NCBI GenBank assembly: GCA_044892525.1
Contig: CM097885.1
Span: 14,262,001-14,326,000 of the forward strand
Direction: 5' to 3'
DNA from: Schmidtea polychroa
Taxonomy: Eukaryota
Length of the DNA stretch: 64,000 nucleotides
Shown: positions 23,701 through 42,800 of the stretch, piece by piece
How the letters are laid out: every line of letters starts with the position of its first letter
Numbering within the stretch: position 1 is the stretch's first letter
Made by a program: the position numbers and the translations under genes
Notes under the pieces: generated by a model
Seen by the model: only the letters and a program-made list of their open reading frames with translations
Databases searched by the model: none
Told to the model about the DNA's origin: nothing

Positions 23701-25046
23701 AAATTTTTAAAATACATCTTGGGATTATTAGGCATATTTATTAAAGCTGGATCATCTTTTTCACAAAATCTTGTATGTTTAATCATAGAGTTTTTAGTTG
23801 TTGAATAATGAAGACATCTTTTACATGTTCCTCCTCCACTAGTTGGATTCTCTGGTGATGTAAAAGCTTGAAAGTTTTTTATTAAAACATAATGTTGATT
23901 ATTTTGTTGTTCCAAGATTAAAAGATATATCTCGTTGTCCTGTGCTCCGTTATCCTTGGTTCCACTATCTGAAATATAAATTGGAATAATTTCTTTCCCT
24001 ATAACATGTTCATAAATATTAAGTTTAAGATTATTTAATTTTTCAAATTCTGGAATGTCTTCTAGTTTCATTGGGTGTTTGAATCCTTTGGGAAATATTA
24101 ATTCATTTTCATATTGTTTGTATTTTGAAACTCTTTGGGGATTTGTTGCTTGAGGATGTAAATGTGCAAGTATTGACCAGATGAAACATTTGTTATCATT
24201 ATTCTGTACATTTATAACATTTTTAGATTTAAAGGGTGTAGGAATATAAGATTTAGGATTGGGTGGTAATCCTCTCCAATCATGAATCACTAAAGTTTGG
24301 AAAGAGTTGAATTCTAAGTTTGAATCTCCTAATTCATTTTCTACTTCCTCTTGTTTTGCTTCTGCTGCTTTAATTATTTCTTTGATGGTTTTATCAAATC
24401 CTTTAATTGAAAATAAATATTTAAAAGGTATTCCAATTTCAACATCTAAGGGTGTTGTCTTTTCTTCTGCTCCTCGCCAGTATTTTGCTTTGATTATAAT
24501 TTTATATTTTATAACATTATACCTTGTCGGTTTATAATTTTTTAAAGCTTCAGTGAAAGAATTTTTAATATTTTTTTTATTTTTATTTATATATTCTCCA
24601 GGAGTTGCAGGCCCATTAATTTTTAATTGAAATTCATCTATATGATTAAAATTATCCCAGTTATATTTTTCTCTTTCAACATGATCAGGTTCTCCTTCTG
24701 AATGACATTCCTCATCGTCAGAATTTTGTTTTTTATTTTTACATTCTTTTATATGTTCTAAATAATAGAAATTTAGTTTTGTTGAAAAGTTACAATGAGG
24801 ACATGTAAATATTTCTCTATTTTTCCATATACAATTTTCAAAATGTTTATTATATCCAGAATGTAGAAATCTTCCTTTACATTTAGGACAAACTTTTGAA
24901 TTTGTATCATTAAGATTGTTTTCTTTTAATAAATGAGCTTTCGATTTTAAGTGAGAAATTAATCCAGTTTTATTTTTAAAAACTTTATTACAAATATTAC
25001 AATTCATTTTTAGAAAAAAATTTTTTATTGGATACCCTGTTTTCAT
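20727..25046 (-). pseudogene. polB: Polinton pPolB with N-terminal C2H2 fingers, split by an in-frame TGA at 22580-22578
   Basis: Two ORFs in the same frame: …TAPSLA*DTML, where the family has W; motifs YGDFE, HNLFGYD, DATALY, KILNNSVFGK, DTDS. Confidence 0.9.
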
Positions 25047-25113
25047 TTTATTTTTTAAGATTTATATTATTCATTTTTTATAAATTAAAAATTAAAAAAA
25101 TGACAAAAATCCA

Positions 25114-25196
25114 AACCTTAATAGCGCAGTGGGCTAGACTGACACAGTGGTTCAAAATACTAGTGGTTCAAATCACATCTGAGGTTAGTTTTTTTT
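25114..25196 (+). ncRNA. tRNA-like RNA polymerase III unit
   Basis: A box TAGCGCAGTGG, B-box-like GGTTCAAATC, 7-bp terminal stem AACCTTA/TGAGGTT, ~74 nt, followed by a T8 terminator. Confidence 0.5.
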
Positions 25197-25358
25197 CAAC
25201 ATAAAATAATATTAAAAATTTGAAAATAATATTGAAAATAGTGTGGGTATCTTATATTTATAAAGTACTTGTATATTTTATTTTATTTATTTTATTTTAT
25301 TTTATTTTTTTTATAAATTAAAAATTAAAAAAATGACAAAAAAAAAAAAAAAAAAAGA

Positions 25359-25433
25359 TAGCGCAGTGGGCTAGACCGGCACCGTGGTTCAAATGGATAG
25401 CGATTCAAATCCTAACTGTGGTTAGTTTTTTTT
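25359..25433 (+). ncRNA. Second, diverged tRNA-like Pol III unit (tandem ~240-bp duplication)
   Basis: Same A box, GGTTCAAAT/GATTCAAATCC boxes and T8 run; 5' stem replaced by an A run. Confidence 0.4.
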
Positions 25434-26330
25434 CAACATAAAATAATATTAAAAATTTGAAAATAATAGTGTGGGTATCTTAGATTTATATTTTATTTTA
25501 TTTATTTTTATTTTATTTTATTTTATTTTATTTATTTTATTTTATTTTATTTTATTTTTTAAACATAAATATGAAAAAAAAATTATTGAAACGGGTGATG
25601 GTGGCGAACCGGTAATTATCGCCACCTGTCTTTCGAACACCCCCGGATCGATTCTTTAATGTGCACATTTATTTCTCAGTTGTTTTCGGACCTCTTTCGA
25701 ATTCACTTTCGAATTCATTTGTACTTTCGAGCAGCACACTTAAAACGCCGATGAAATCGTATTCGAGCGAGAAGCGAATAATAAGGTGTGCTGCTATTAT
25801 CGAATTGATTCTGATTATGAGCCTGGCCAGCTTGTATATTGGAAGAGATTTGATAAACGAAAGAGGTTGAATAAAAAAAAATGATCCGGATCAAAAAAAC
25901 TGTTGAGAGGACAGTGAAAAAAAAAATACCACTGTCCTCTCAGAGCAGTTTTACTATTTTCATAAAATTTTTTATTCTTCAAGACATCAAGATTAAGATT
26001 TCATTTATTTTTTTTAATTAGCCAATTAGCAACTTGCTAGTTGGCATCCTCAAGTAGCCTTCTTACTTTTTCATAATACCATTTTCTTTTCTATTCTCTT
26101 TATGTTTTTAGTTTGAAGCTTTTGAGTTTGAGGCTTTAAAGATTAAAACAGTTAGAGTCATTAAGGGTGGTTGTTTTCAAAATATAGGGTTAAAATACTA
26201 TAAAAGTATAAGTTTTAGGTTGTTTTTCTAATAGCTTAAGTGATTTGGAGGCATGTTTTGTTGGGAGGGCTGTTTTGGTTGGGTATATAACCACACTACT
26301 ATTTTATTTTATTTATTAAAAACCTTTTAG

Positions 26331-31669
<5,339 letters not shown>

Positions 31670-32099
31670 TAAATCTTTTAAAAACATTTATTTTGGCGTT
31701 CTATTTCATATTGTAGATAATTTTTATTTTCGAAAACTCGTTATAGTTTTCATTACTTTTTTCATCATTAGATATATTTTATAATAATATTGTTAGTAAA
31801 AAAAAAAAAACTCTATAAGTATCTAATGATGGAAAATGTAATATGGTTTAAAACTTTTTACAATGTATATTTGAAAATGTATGTTGCAGTCAGTATGCAG
31901 CTACATATATCTATAATAATAATTATAATAATACTCTTGCGACTTGTTGATAATAATAATAATAATAAATTTGAAAATATCTTTGAAAATAATAATAATA
32001 TTAATAATAATAATTATAATAATAATAATATCAATAATAATAATAATAATGATAGTAATAAATTCACAACATGGTTAATAATATCGTTATTTAGATAAA

Positions 32100-32921
32100 A
32101 TGTCACAAGAAAGAACTGAAGCCCCAAACAACGAAGTAAAAATCAATAAAGTACACAGAGAAAGATGGGCCAAAGTGATGGTACAACTAGCAAATCAGAC
32201 ACGAAACTATCTCGAAGAAGCAAGAGAACGGGAGAACCACCAATTCCAATGGTTGGTGCAAAATTTACGAGCAGAGGCAGAGGCATGTAAAAGAGCCGCC
32301 AAGTGGTCAGCATTAGAGAATACTCGACAGGAAGCTCACAGTCACTACCTAAAACAATTAGTACAGGAGTCGAGGAAAAGGCTAACTGATGAGAATAAAA
32401 AACGGGAAGTGGAAAAACAAAAAGAGGAAAGGAAAACCCGTCAACTATTGGCAGAAGCCAGAAAGTGGAAAAGGCAACATCGGGAAATTAAAAAAGAAAT
32501 GAAAGAACTACCGCAGAGGCTAGAATACGAAAGTGAGCAGGGAAAATGGGAAGAAAACCTTGATCAGAGAGAAGAGCTACGGAGGCTCAGAAAAATCGCC
32601 GCCCGAAGTCAAACTTGGCAGACCAAGGCCATGGAATTTGAAAGGCATCTGGCCATGAAATTATCTATGAAAGAACAGGAGAATACTGCCATGGAAGAGA
32701 TGATCCTGCAACAGTCGGGGAGAATCGTAGAACTCGTGAATAAGGTGGCAGACCTTGAACGAGACAATAACGGTTACAAAGGGGCACTAGAACAACGGAA
32801 CATAGTGCTAGCCGGAAAAAATAAAAAATTGGAAAATGAGAGGAAGATGTATGATGAAAACATCAAGAATCTTGAAAAAGAACTAAAAATGGGCAAACGG
32901 CGAAAAGATCACGGAAGTTGA
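32100..32921 (+). CDS. Coiled-coil protein of unknown function, 273 aa
   Basis: Intact ATG-to-stop ORF, E/K/R-rich and helical, higher GC than its flanks. Confidence 0.7.
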   Translation: MSQERTEAPNNEVKINKVHRERWAKVMVQLANQTRNYLEEARERENHQFQWLVQNLRAEAEACKRAAKWSALENTRQEAHSHYLKQLVQESRKRLTDENKKREVEKQKEERKTRQLLAEARKWKRQHREIKKEMKELPQRLEYESEQGKWEENLDQREELRRLRKIAARSQTWQTKAMEFERHLAMKLSMKEQENTAMEEMILQQSGRIVELVNKVADLERDNNGYKGALEQRNIVLAGKNKKLENERKMYDENIKNLEKELKMGKRRKDHGS

Positions 32922-33285
32922 AAATAATAATATTGATAATGATGTTTTATTAATAAATCTTTTAAAACATTATTTTGCATTCTATTTTATTATGTAGATA
33001 ATTTTTATTTTCGAAAACTCGTTATAGTTTTCATTACTTTTTTCATCATTAGTTACATTTTATAATATTGTTAATTAAACTCTTTAAGTATCTAATGATG
33101 GAAAAAGTAATATGGTATGTTTTTGTGTATGTTGCAGTCAAATAATTTTTAATATACTGCTTTATTTATATTACTACTGAAATAACATATGTTCTGATTG
33201 GTTGATATACTATAAAAATAGGAGTTTTGATTTGATACACCATGAAAACTAAATTCATATTGGTATAATGAGTGTGTGCTAAAAC

Positions 33286-33336
<51 letters not shown>

Positions 33337-33616
33337 CATTGCGAGTTGTTGAGAGTGAGCAGTACCCTTGTGAGCATTACCCATAGGGGGAACAAAATAT
33401 TTTGTCGGATAAACTCGGAGTATATAGATTAATACTAATACTAATAATAATTATATGACCTTGAAAATGGTCTCGGGAAAACGATAATAACTTTGTCAAT
33501 ATTAATGATGATGATACCTTCAACAGCTCATTCGAAAGGTCTGGCACTAAGCTTTAAAATGAGCTATCAAACGATGAAATAAAATGATTGGAACGACAAC
33601 TTTTGGGCAAACGAAA

Positions 33617-33921
33617 ACCAGGAGCCCGCTGGACCACTAATAATATTTTGAATAATAATAATAAAATAATAATATTTTTTAAAAATAATAATATGACCTT
33701 GATGAGTCATCACAATGAGTCATATGACCTTGAGAATGGTATTGATGAGTCATGGTCTTTGTTTAAGTGACCTTGATGAGTCATATGTCTTTGTTTAAAA
33801 TTTGACCTTGAAAAAAAAATGTACTTTTAGACTTAAAAATTTTTTTAAAATTTTCCGGCCGGGGGGGTGGTTATATGTGGTCCAGCGGGCTCCTGGTCTA
33901 GCGGGCTCCAATCCTTCTACT
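33617..33921. mobile_element. Probable right terminus of the second pPolB element
   Basis: Ends GCGGGCTCCAATCCTTCTACT, similar to GCGGGCTCCTATCTACCTACT at 9481; 21-bp perfect inverted repeat 33617-33637/33877-33897. Confidence 0.65.
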
Positions 33922-35279
33922 TATGTGGCATTACACCCTTTACATGTAAACTGATAAACGAGATCGGAACACAATTCGACCGGAGTTTTTGACTTATTAA
34001 TAAACATATTGCGTACTTTCCATGAAGTTGACACTATCCTATAGTTTAAATTCCCTAACTGCTTTCTTATCTTCACTTATTTATTTTCATTTGAAATCAT
34101 TTATCGGAATAGTTACTGTGGTCGTTGGGACTTGCTCTTTAGAAGATTGAGCAGCAAATAGGGACACCTCAAGAGCGGCGATAGTATCTCGTCGCTTTTG
34201 ATTCTTCTCAGGCCGTGAAGGGCGTTTTCGTTTCTTGGTATATGAGATAGAATGATCCGCATTGGGAACAGGTAGCGACGCATGAACAGTTCATGTGTGT
34301 GTCAAAGATATACTATTGGTCTTGGACGACCCGGATAGAATTGGGTCTACGAGCGGTGGAAAGTGACTCCCATGTCAACTACAACTAGAGTTTTTCGCTT
34401 GAGATTCTCCTTCCTGATGATGAACGGGGAACACGTTGATCCCATCTTTTATAGGGTATTTCTGGACCCTTCGCTGTATTTCTGCTTCTGAATACACCTT
34501 GTGTAGGGCCTCAGACTGGGCTTTGATTGTCAGTCGTTGACATCGGCTTTCTTCTAGGAGACTGTCTCGACAGTGCTCCAGCCGCAGTATTTTTGTCCTC
34601 TATTCTTTCATTTGTGGTGGGGAGAACCACGTACACTCATAATATTCCATTCGTTTTTTCAGAGCCCCGTTGATTTCTTGGAGTTTCTTAATATCTGCGT
34701 TTTTATCTGGGCAGGAAAAACATGGTCGAAGATCCTTAGACGGCCGACTTGGTTCACTTATTCTAAAAGGGAATTTTTTATAAGAGGTTTCATCGACATA
34801 CCGCAACACAATTAACTATTAACAAATTCGGTTTAGTTCTCAGGCGTAATTCTCTTTTATACATTACCGTATCACTTGCAACTTTCGTCGACACGTTCCC
34901 ATTGTACTATAATTTATGCGGGTGAAGATTTGATTAATGTGTATATTTAAAATATTTCCCACCGTCGATCCCTATGTTTGAAAAATATAATTAATGGGAC
35001 ATCTAAATTTAAGTTGCCCCAATAGAATGTTTTATTTAATTTCTTATGTAAGATTCAAACATAAAACAAAATTAAATCAAATTTAATTAGAAAAATCCTG
35101 GATCTTTAATTAAAAATTTATCCGATGTACGGTAAATCAGAATGTCGATTGCTCGTAATTTGTGTACTTTCCCGTATCTATCGCATGATCGTCGTTATGT
35201 CACTTGATTCAAATTCATCAACCGAATTTTTTGTCTTAATCTAGAAGGATGTGAGCCCGTCAGATACAAAGGGGGTATG

Positions 35280-36011
35280 TCAGTTACGTAATAATGACCG
35301 ATTACGTAATACACACATTGTTGCTAATTGACCAATCGCGTGGCTATTATGTAATATAAAGGTCAGTTGCTAATTGACCTCACGCATGACCTTTATGTAA
35401 TACACACATTGTTACTAACTGTCCACTAGTGTGTCCATTACGTCATATACACATTGTTACTAACTGACCACTCGCGTGTCCATTGCGTCATATACCAACT
35501 GTTCCTAACTGACCACTTACTAATGGATCAATACCATGGTAACTGGTTGCTAACTGTAACCACACACATCTAGGACACTGGTGGTCTATATCCAGTACTA
35601 TTCATACAACAACAACACACACACACACCGACTACTCTATATAAGGATCCAGTACTATTGACTACTCTATGTGAGGATCCAGTACTATTCATACAACAAC
35701 ACACACACATCGACTACTATTATGTGAGGATCCAGTACTATTCATACAACAACACACACACACATCGACTACTAGTACTAGTCTATGTGAGGATCCAGTA
35801 CTATTTATACAACACACACACATCGACTACTATTATGTGAGAGTCCAGTACTATTGATTACTCTATGTGAACATCCAGTACTATTGATACAACCGAGTAC
35901 GACCAATGCTAAAATACAACCACGATCACGATCACGACCACAACCACAACCACAACCACAACCACAACCACAACCACAACCACAACCACAACCACAACCA
36001 CAACCACAACA

Positions 36012-36046
<35 letters not shown>

Positions 36047-36090
36047 TACGACAGCGACAGCTACTACTACTACTACTACTACTACTACTA
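35280..36090. repeat. Tandem repeat cluster: ~55-bp units, GAGGATCCAGTACTATT units, (CAACCA)n, (CGACCA)n, (CTA)n
   Basis: Directly visible. Confidence 0.9.
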
Positions 36091-38115
36091 ATAGTTTCTA
36101 TGTATTATAAATGGATCATTTTCCTTGTTTTATACATTTCATAACGTTTGCATACCTTATATTAAAAATGGTCAATAGATGAAATTTTTCTATTGTTATT
36201 GAAAGGATACAACACAAAATAATTAATGAAATCACAAGGTATAATAAAATAAATCCCCAAATGGTCTGAAAATTAATATCAATTCTACTGCAGATTTTGC
36301 CTGACAGCGTTCAATGTCAATATTTACGTTAACTGGCATTTCTTTAAAGAAACCAATAGACGTTTTCAACTGAAGTCAGTAATTCACAGTCTGGATTTTG
36401 TTTATGTCATTCAATATCTACGCCTGTGAAAAATCAATTACCGTCATACGACATGCGCCTAATGAGCGGAGGTTTGTCGAGATAAAAATCAATTATCATC
36501 GATAATGGATAAATATTTTTCTTAATGAATCTACGATTGCAGAGATTTTATCGAAGCTCATAGTGTAGTTCGGATTTTCTATGGCGTCGAATGTGAATTT
36601 CTTACTGGAATTATGCCTAGTCAGATACTGGAAAATATTCAGATAATTTAGTCCTTGGAATTAAGATATCGACTACTGGATACTGATTGGTTCGAAGGAA
36701 AGATGACAGAAAATTCTTCACGTACCGGTGAATGCAGACTCTCAGAAATATTGTCTCAAACGAAATTCTCTTCGCGTTCTTACTGAAGTATGGATGTTAT
36801 AGCAAAGGAAAATACTGGCATTCAGTCAGCTTACGATCCTCATGGCTTATTGAATACTCTCGAAAATTAACGATTTACTGTCACTCGATGTGAACACTGG
36901 AATTTAGCAATTTGTTTCGTTTTCCTGACTTTATTATTGGCTCTTCTACCTGCCAGAACCCACCTAAACACCACCGGTATTGCTACCGACTGTCTTTAGA
37001 CCGTCCTGATCTACAGATTTACCGCACTCAAATTTATCAAAACAATAATAAAATTTTGTTCATGAAATATAAATACTTTGGATTTCTTTATTTAACCATA
37101 AAAGAAATTAATAAAATAAATTTTACCCGGCGACCATGTCCTTTGGAATCCGAGTATGAGGCAGCATTTACGAGGTTCCAGTATTGAACCGTTCAACGGT
37201 GATTTTCCAATTATACATCATAGACATTCTAAACCCGACACTCGTATTTTCTCATCATATCCATCTGAAGTCACTAATAAATCGAAATCCATACTGTGGA
37301 TCGAAAATTCTACAAATTTACGTAGTCCATCATACTCGGGGTTTCCAGACGGCATCGTCGCCGGTTCCATGAAGGCAAAAGCATGAGTCCGTATTGAAAA
37401 ATCATATTTTTATTATAGCATATATACAATATTAGTTATTATCATTGATGCATAAAATAAAATGTAAAAAGAAAATCAAACCATTACTTTTCGGCGGTCA
37501 ATAGCTGGATAGCTGAATGGATTTATCAAATCTTTTTTCCCTAATAGTTCGATAAGTAATCGATGTATGATCTCCAATAGTCCATTAATCAATGTCGCTA
37601 ATATATAATTCGTAAGTTCTCGTTGATTGCTCTGTTGTCGTTGGCTTGCGCTGCGTCGTTAGGTTTCTCTGTAGATTAGATTTTTTGAAGTTTTTTAATT
37701 AATCGTAAAAATTTTACCTGCAGATTAGATTTTTTGAAGTTTCTTAACTGACTTAACGGCCGCTTTATAAATTAAATTTTAACCAATCAAAATTAAGTTG
37801 GGTTGTTTTTTGGCTATTTTTCTATATTTCTTTATTTTTTATTGTTTTTCTTAGATATTGTTTTGTTTTATTTTTTTATTTTATTATTTTATTTATTTTC
37901 TTATATTTTTTACTAAATTTCACGTATTTCTGTTGACTTTTGGTTATATGGCGGCTTATTTTTAGTTTTCTTTCTGTTTTTACTTAATATTTCATGTTTT
38001 ATTTAAGTTTCTTATTTTTATTATTTTTTTCGCATGCAAAATCTATTTATTGCTCTATTCAATTATTTTATTTACTTTTTCTTTCCTGCTTCTTCATTCA
38101 GTTCACAACTATTAA

Positions 38116-38530
38116 CCATTTTCAGTCCACTTATATTTCGGAACATTAGAGTCAGTTAATTTAGATTTAATCCCGATAACAGGAATCTGCTCTCCTGAGA
38201 AAATTATAGAAATTGTCAATTCAAAATTAGAATCTTTTGGTATTAGTTTTTCCAACGATATTGTGACCACTAAGTCAGACGGTGCGAGCGTTACGATAAA
38301 ATATGGCAAATTATCAATTGCCCATTTACAAATGTGGTATAATCACGTTATCCATTTGGTGATTATGTCGGTTCTCTACTCACATAAAACAGACAATAAT
38401 GAAACCACCGATTACGACAATTCAAATTGTGATACAAACAAAGATGATTCATTTAATAGTGATTTCAATGAACAGCATTTCATTTCTCCAAGCGGTTTCA
38501 TAATCAATCCAGATCCCGATATAAATAATA
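38116..38530 (+). pseudogene. hAT transposase fragment (catalytic core middle)
   Basis: VNLDLIPITG…LESFGI…DIVTTKSDGASV…KYG…LQMWYNHVIHLVIMSVLY matches the hAT TDGAS…CxxH region. Confidence 0.7.
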
Positions 38531-39826
38531 TAAATAATAAATCTCTGGTTTGGGGTACTTGTGGAATGCCCAGACTGGTGGGTATGCTGGCTTTTGCAAC
38601 CACGCAGATGATTTCGGGCCGTAATGTAGAGATTTCTCCACGGGTCCGTCACTGTAAGAGTTTTAGTGGAACATAGGTTAGAATTAGAAATACAGGCAGA
38701 TCCCTGATCAAATTTTTGGAGGATAATTTGAATACTGTAGGAAGTATAGAATAACATTTATTAACAGAAAAATAAGGGCGGATCCCTGTGCTAAATTTTT
38801 GAAGATAACATGGGAAAACATCCAGAAGTGAGGGCCACAATAAAATTAATACATGATAATAATCCAACAATAGTGTAGATAATGAATAATGACGTAATAC
38901 CTTCTATTGGCATTCCAGAACCCGAAGATGAAAATATCATGAGGAATAGTTATAGTAATAGAGCTCACCTGCTCATGGATTTTCAGTCATTGTGTACAGC
39001 ACCAACATGGTCGTCGCCATTGGTACACAGATGGTATAGAGACAATAGTCATGAAAGCATTTAGGAAGGAGTTAATTATTAATTAATTATTAATTAATTA
39101 TTAATTAATTAATCTATAAGTACCCCTGACACATTTTAAAATAAATATGACACACCCATAAGCGACCCAATTATAGTCTCTGTATTTTAAAGTATTATTT
39201 TTTGAATAATCAATAAATTATATTTATTTATTTTAATTTTAAAATTTTAATTTTGAATAAAATTTAATGAATTTCTTTTTGTAAAATTCAATACTTTTTT
39301 ATTAGTAAAAAATATAGTTTAAATACTTGTATTATTATTAAATTGTATCAGCATTTGCTCGAAATATTTATTAGGATTTTTTCGAGATTTTTCGAGAAGT
39401 TTATTTTATCGAGAAATCACAACCTCTACCTCTAATATTGAGGATTTCGTAAATGAAGATTTATTAGAAATATATCCATCCAATGATACAAATACTCTAA
39501 ATTAAAAATCTGCTATTTGAATATATTCATAATTATCCAAATTTTATTTTAAATAATATAGTTTTTCATTAGCGATATAAACTGTCAATACTTGTATTTA
39601 TGTTAATATGATATTTCAAAAATGTTATTTTAATTTTATTTTTAAATAATCATTTGTTTAAATAATACCAATTTTGGTGTTTAAGATCTAATCAATGTCA
39701 TATAGACAATTTAACAAGTTATAATATTTTTAATTTGTTCAGATTAATTATTAAATATTTAGGAATTACAAGGTTATTTTTAATGAAAATTTCAGTATAA
39801 TAAATATAATAATTTTTATCATGTAG

Positions 39827-42800
39827 AATTACAAGAGTCACAAATATGGCAACAATAACACTAGTAACTTGTTAGAAAGATGTAAATTAAATATTTACTT
39901 TAGACATAGATAGTGATCTTCCTTCAAATGCGAACTACTATGATCCAAGTAAAATAAATTTTCCAGAAGTCAGTACACCAAGAGTAATAATGATTTTGAC
40001 TATTATTCTAAAATTTAATTTAGTTAAATTATTATGGAATTCCAAACCAATCATGCAATACTAATTCTTTTAATAAGATACGAATAAATATAAATAATAA
40101 TAATTTCACGCCAAATCCACCCATTTCAGCGGTTTTAACAGAATCTATCAAATCTAATCCACTGATCCTGGAGAATCCAGATAAAAGAAAAAATGAGTTA
40201 TCAGTGGAAGAAGCGCTAAAATTTTCATCAAACATTGAATTCGTTAACTTACCAGAAAAGAAATTGAAAGCTGAACAAAACTCGACAAATAGTGGCATTC
40301 GATTGGATGCGAAATGTTCGAGGAAAATTCGGCTGTTAAAGGAATTGGAATCATACGGCAAGGATTCGGCGAAAGTTGAGCGAGAAGTAAACGAGTTATT
40401 GGTGGATTATCGGCGTTTGGCAGAGGAAACTACGAAGAAATACGACGCGTACAGAGAGAAGAAAATCCAACAGAAAACATTGAAAGCGAAAATGAAAAAG
40501 ATTTGCCAAGGTTTGATAAATGGATTATTGGGATAAATTATTAATCGCGAGGGGGGCGGTGCGTTTCTATTAGCAATCGAGATTGAGGATGACTCTGAAT
40601 CAGATACGCCGAATATCGACCCGGTTGCAGTTGCGGTTGCGGATAGCAGTAGCAGCAGAAGTTCTCACGGTTCCGATGTCCAGCTGGTCGTATTGCCCCG
40701 TCCGGATCGACAGGATAGCCGCAACATATCCAGCAGTAGCAGCAGCAGCAGTTCTAATGATTCCGATATCCAATTGGTAGCGGTGGACGAGAGTAACCGA
40801 CGCTTTTCCATATCGTCATCGTCGAGTGACGACAGCGATGACGACAGCTCCAGCTCGGATGTCGAGGTTGTCAGTGGGCCACCGCCAATTACACAGCCTC
40901 CTGCCAGCTCCAACTCGGATGTCAAGGCTGTCAGTGGGCCACCGCCAATTACACAGCCTCCTGCCAGCTCCAGCTCGGATGTCAAGGCTGTCAGTGGGCC
41001 ACAGCCAATTACGCAGCCTCCTGCCAGCTCCAACTCGGATGTCAAGGTTGTCAGTGGGCCACAGCCAATTACGCAGCCTCCTGCCAGCTCCAACTCGGAT
41101 GTCAAGGCTGTCAGTGGGCCACCGCCAATTACACAGCCTCCTGCCAGCTCCAACTCGGATGTCAAGGCTGTCAGTGGGCCACCGCCAATTACACAGCCTC
41201 CTGCCAGCTCAGACAGCGGTCATCGGCACCAGAAAACGACATCAGTAGTCAATGGCAACACGACCAAGCCCGATCAGGTCCACAGTGCACGCATGGACAT
41301 TAAGGAATCACCACAGACCAAGCCGTCACTCTCCACCGGTAACGCTTGCAATCCGAAAATCACCTGCAATGATTCGTTTGTGGAGGAAAAACCCGAATCT
41401 AAAATCAATATTAAAAGTAAGTTGTAGTGATATTTGCTCGTGTCGAGAAATTATTATTTATTATCAATTTTTTATTTTCTTTTTTTTTAATAATATTTAT
41501 CATTTTTTTATTTTAGTATTTTTATTAATTATTAGCAATTTTTTATAATTTATTATCAATTTTTTTATTATTTTAATATTTTTTTTAATTTAATTTTATT
41601 AATATTTTTTTTTATTTTAATATTTTTTTAATTTATCATTTATTTATTTAAGTATTTTTATTAATTATTATCTTTTTTTTAGTTTAATTTTATTAATATT
41701 TTAATATATCATATTTAAAAAAATGACTGAGCCAGTACTGATATCTATGTTTTTTTAATAAATGAAATTGAAAAAGAAATGAAAAAGGGTGAAAATTGAA
41801 AAAAGTATTTATAATATTATTATATAATTGATAAATTAATAATTATAAAATTGAATAAATTTCAATAGAAAAGTCGATTTCCAAATAACATTAAAATACA
41901 AATGAAATATTGTTGATTAATTTATTCAATAAAATATTTATATAATAATAATTGATATAAATATGATTCAATAAAGAAATCAATTGAAATAAAAATGCAA
42001 TGTTGTCGATTAAATATATATTTATCATTTTTTAATAATATTTATCAATTTTTTATTATTTATTATGATTTTTTTAATTTATGATTTATTTATTTTAGTA
42101 TTTTTATTAATTATTATATACCGTATTTTAGCGCATATAACGCGCACGGTATCTGATTACAATAAACAATAATACCGATGGTAGGGTTACTGTCACATCA
42201 TAAAAATATTTCCACTGGCAATGCCGCCACGTGTAAAATATAAATCATAAAGCGCGCACCCACAGATACCGCGCATGGGGGGTGCACGGTTTGTAAAAAT
42301 GCGTATAACGCGCGCGTTATATGCGCTAAAATACGGTAATTGATAAATTAATAATTATAAAATTGAATAAATTTCAATAGAAAAATCGATTTCCAAATAA
42401 CATTAAAATACAAATGAAATTTTGTTGATTAATTTATTCAATAAAATATTTATATAATAATAATTGATATAATTATAATTCAATAAAGAAATCAATTGAA
42501 ATAAAAATGCAATGTTATCGATTAAATATATATTTATCATCTATCGTGCAATATTTCTCTCTCCCACAACAGCTAGATAACCTATTACAATTTCCAGATA
42601 CAATTCCCGAATGCGTTGACATTCCTCCCAAAGCCGATTTGTCGAATAGTTTGCCGGTAATGGTAAAAGCAGACGAACAAAATGGACTTTTCCATGCGAT
42701 TGAACCGAAATTGAACACGATAATCATAAGCGATGAAGAGAAAACCTTTATAACCGATATCAATGTGTTCAACAATCGCTTGTTTGTCAGTGCTTCACAC

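Larger units (their letters stand above)
1..26067. mobile_element. Polinton/Maverick (adintovirus-like) endogenous virus, right part; left part outside window; interrupted by the 1195-17491 insertion
   Basis: Compact cluster of core-like protein, adenain protease, penton-like, fibre-like and membrane ORFs converging on a minus-strand pPolB. Right boundary is tentative (…CCTTCTTACT at 26067, after several hairpins). No integrase, ATPase or major capsid gene seen in the window. Confidence 0.85.

Noticed and set aside
35658..36144. PQ/HN repeat ORFs and a CRISPR-like look of the repeats
   Set aside because: Simple tandem repeats without unique spacers; eukaryotic context; no cas genes.
34100..37400. 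GC-richer patches that look like decayed coding sequence (also 47900-49010)
   Set aside because: Multiple stops and no motif I can recognise; needs BLASTX.
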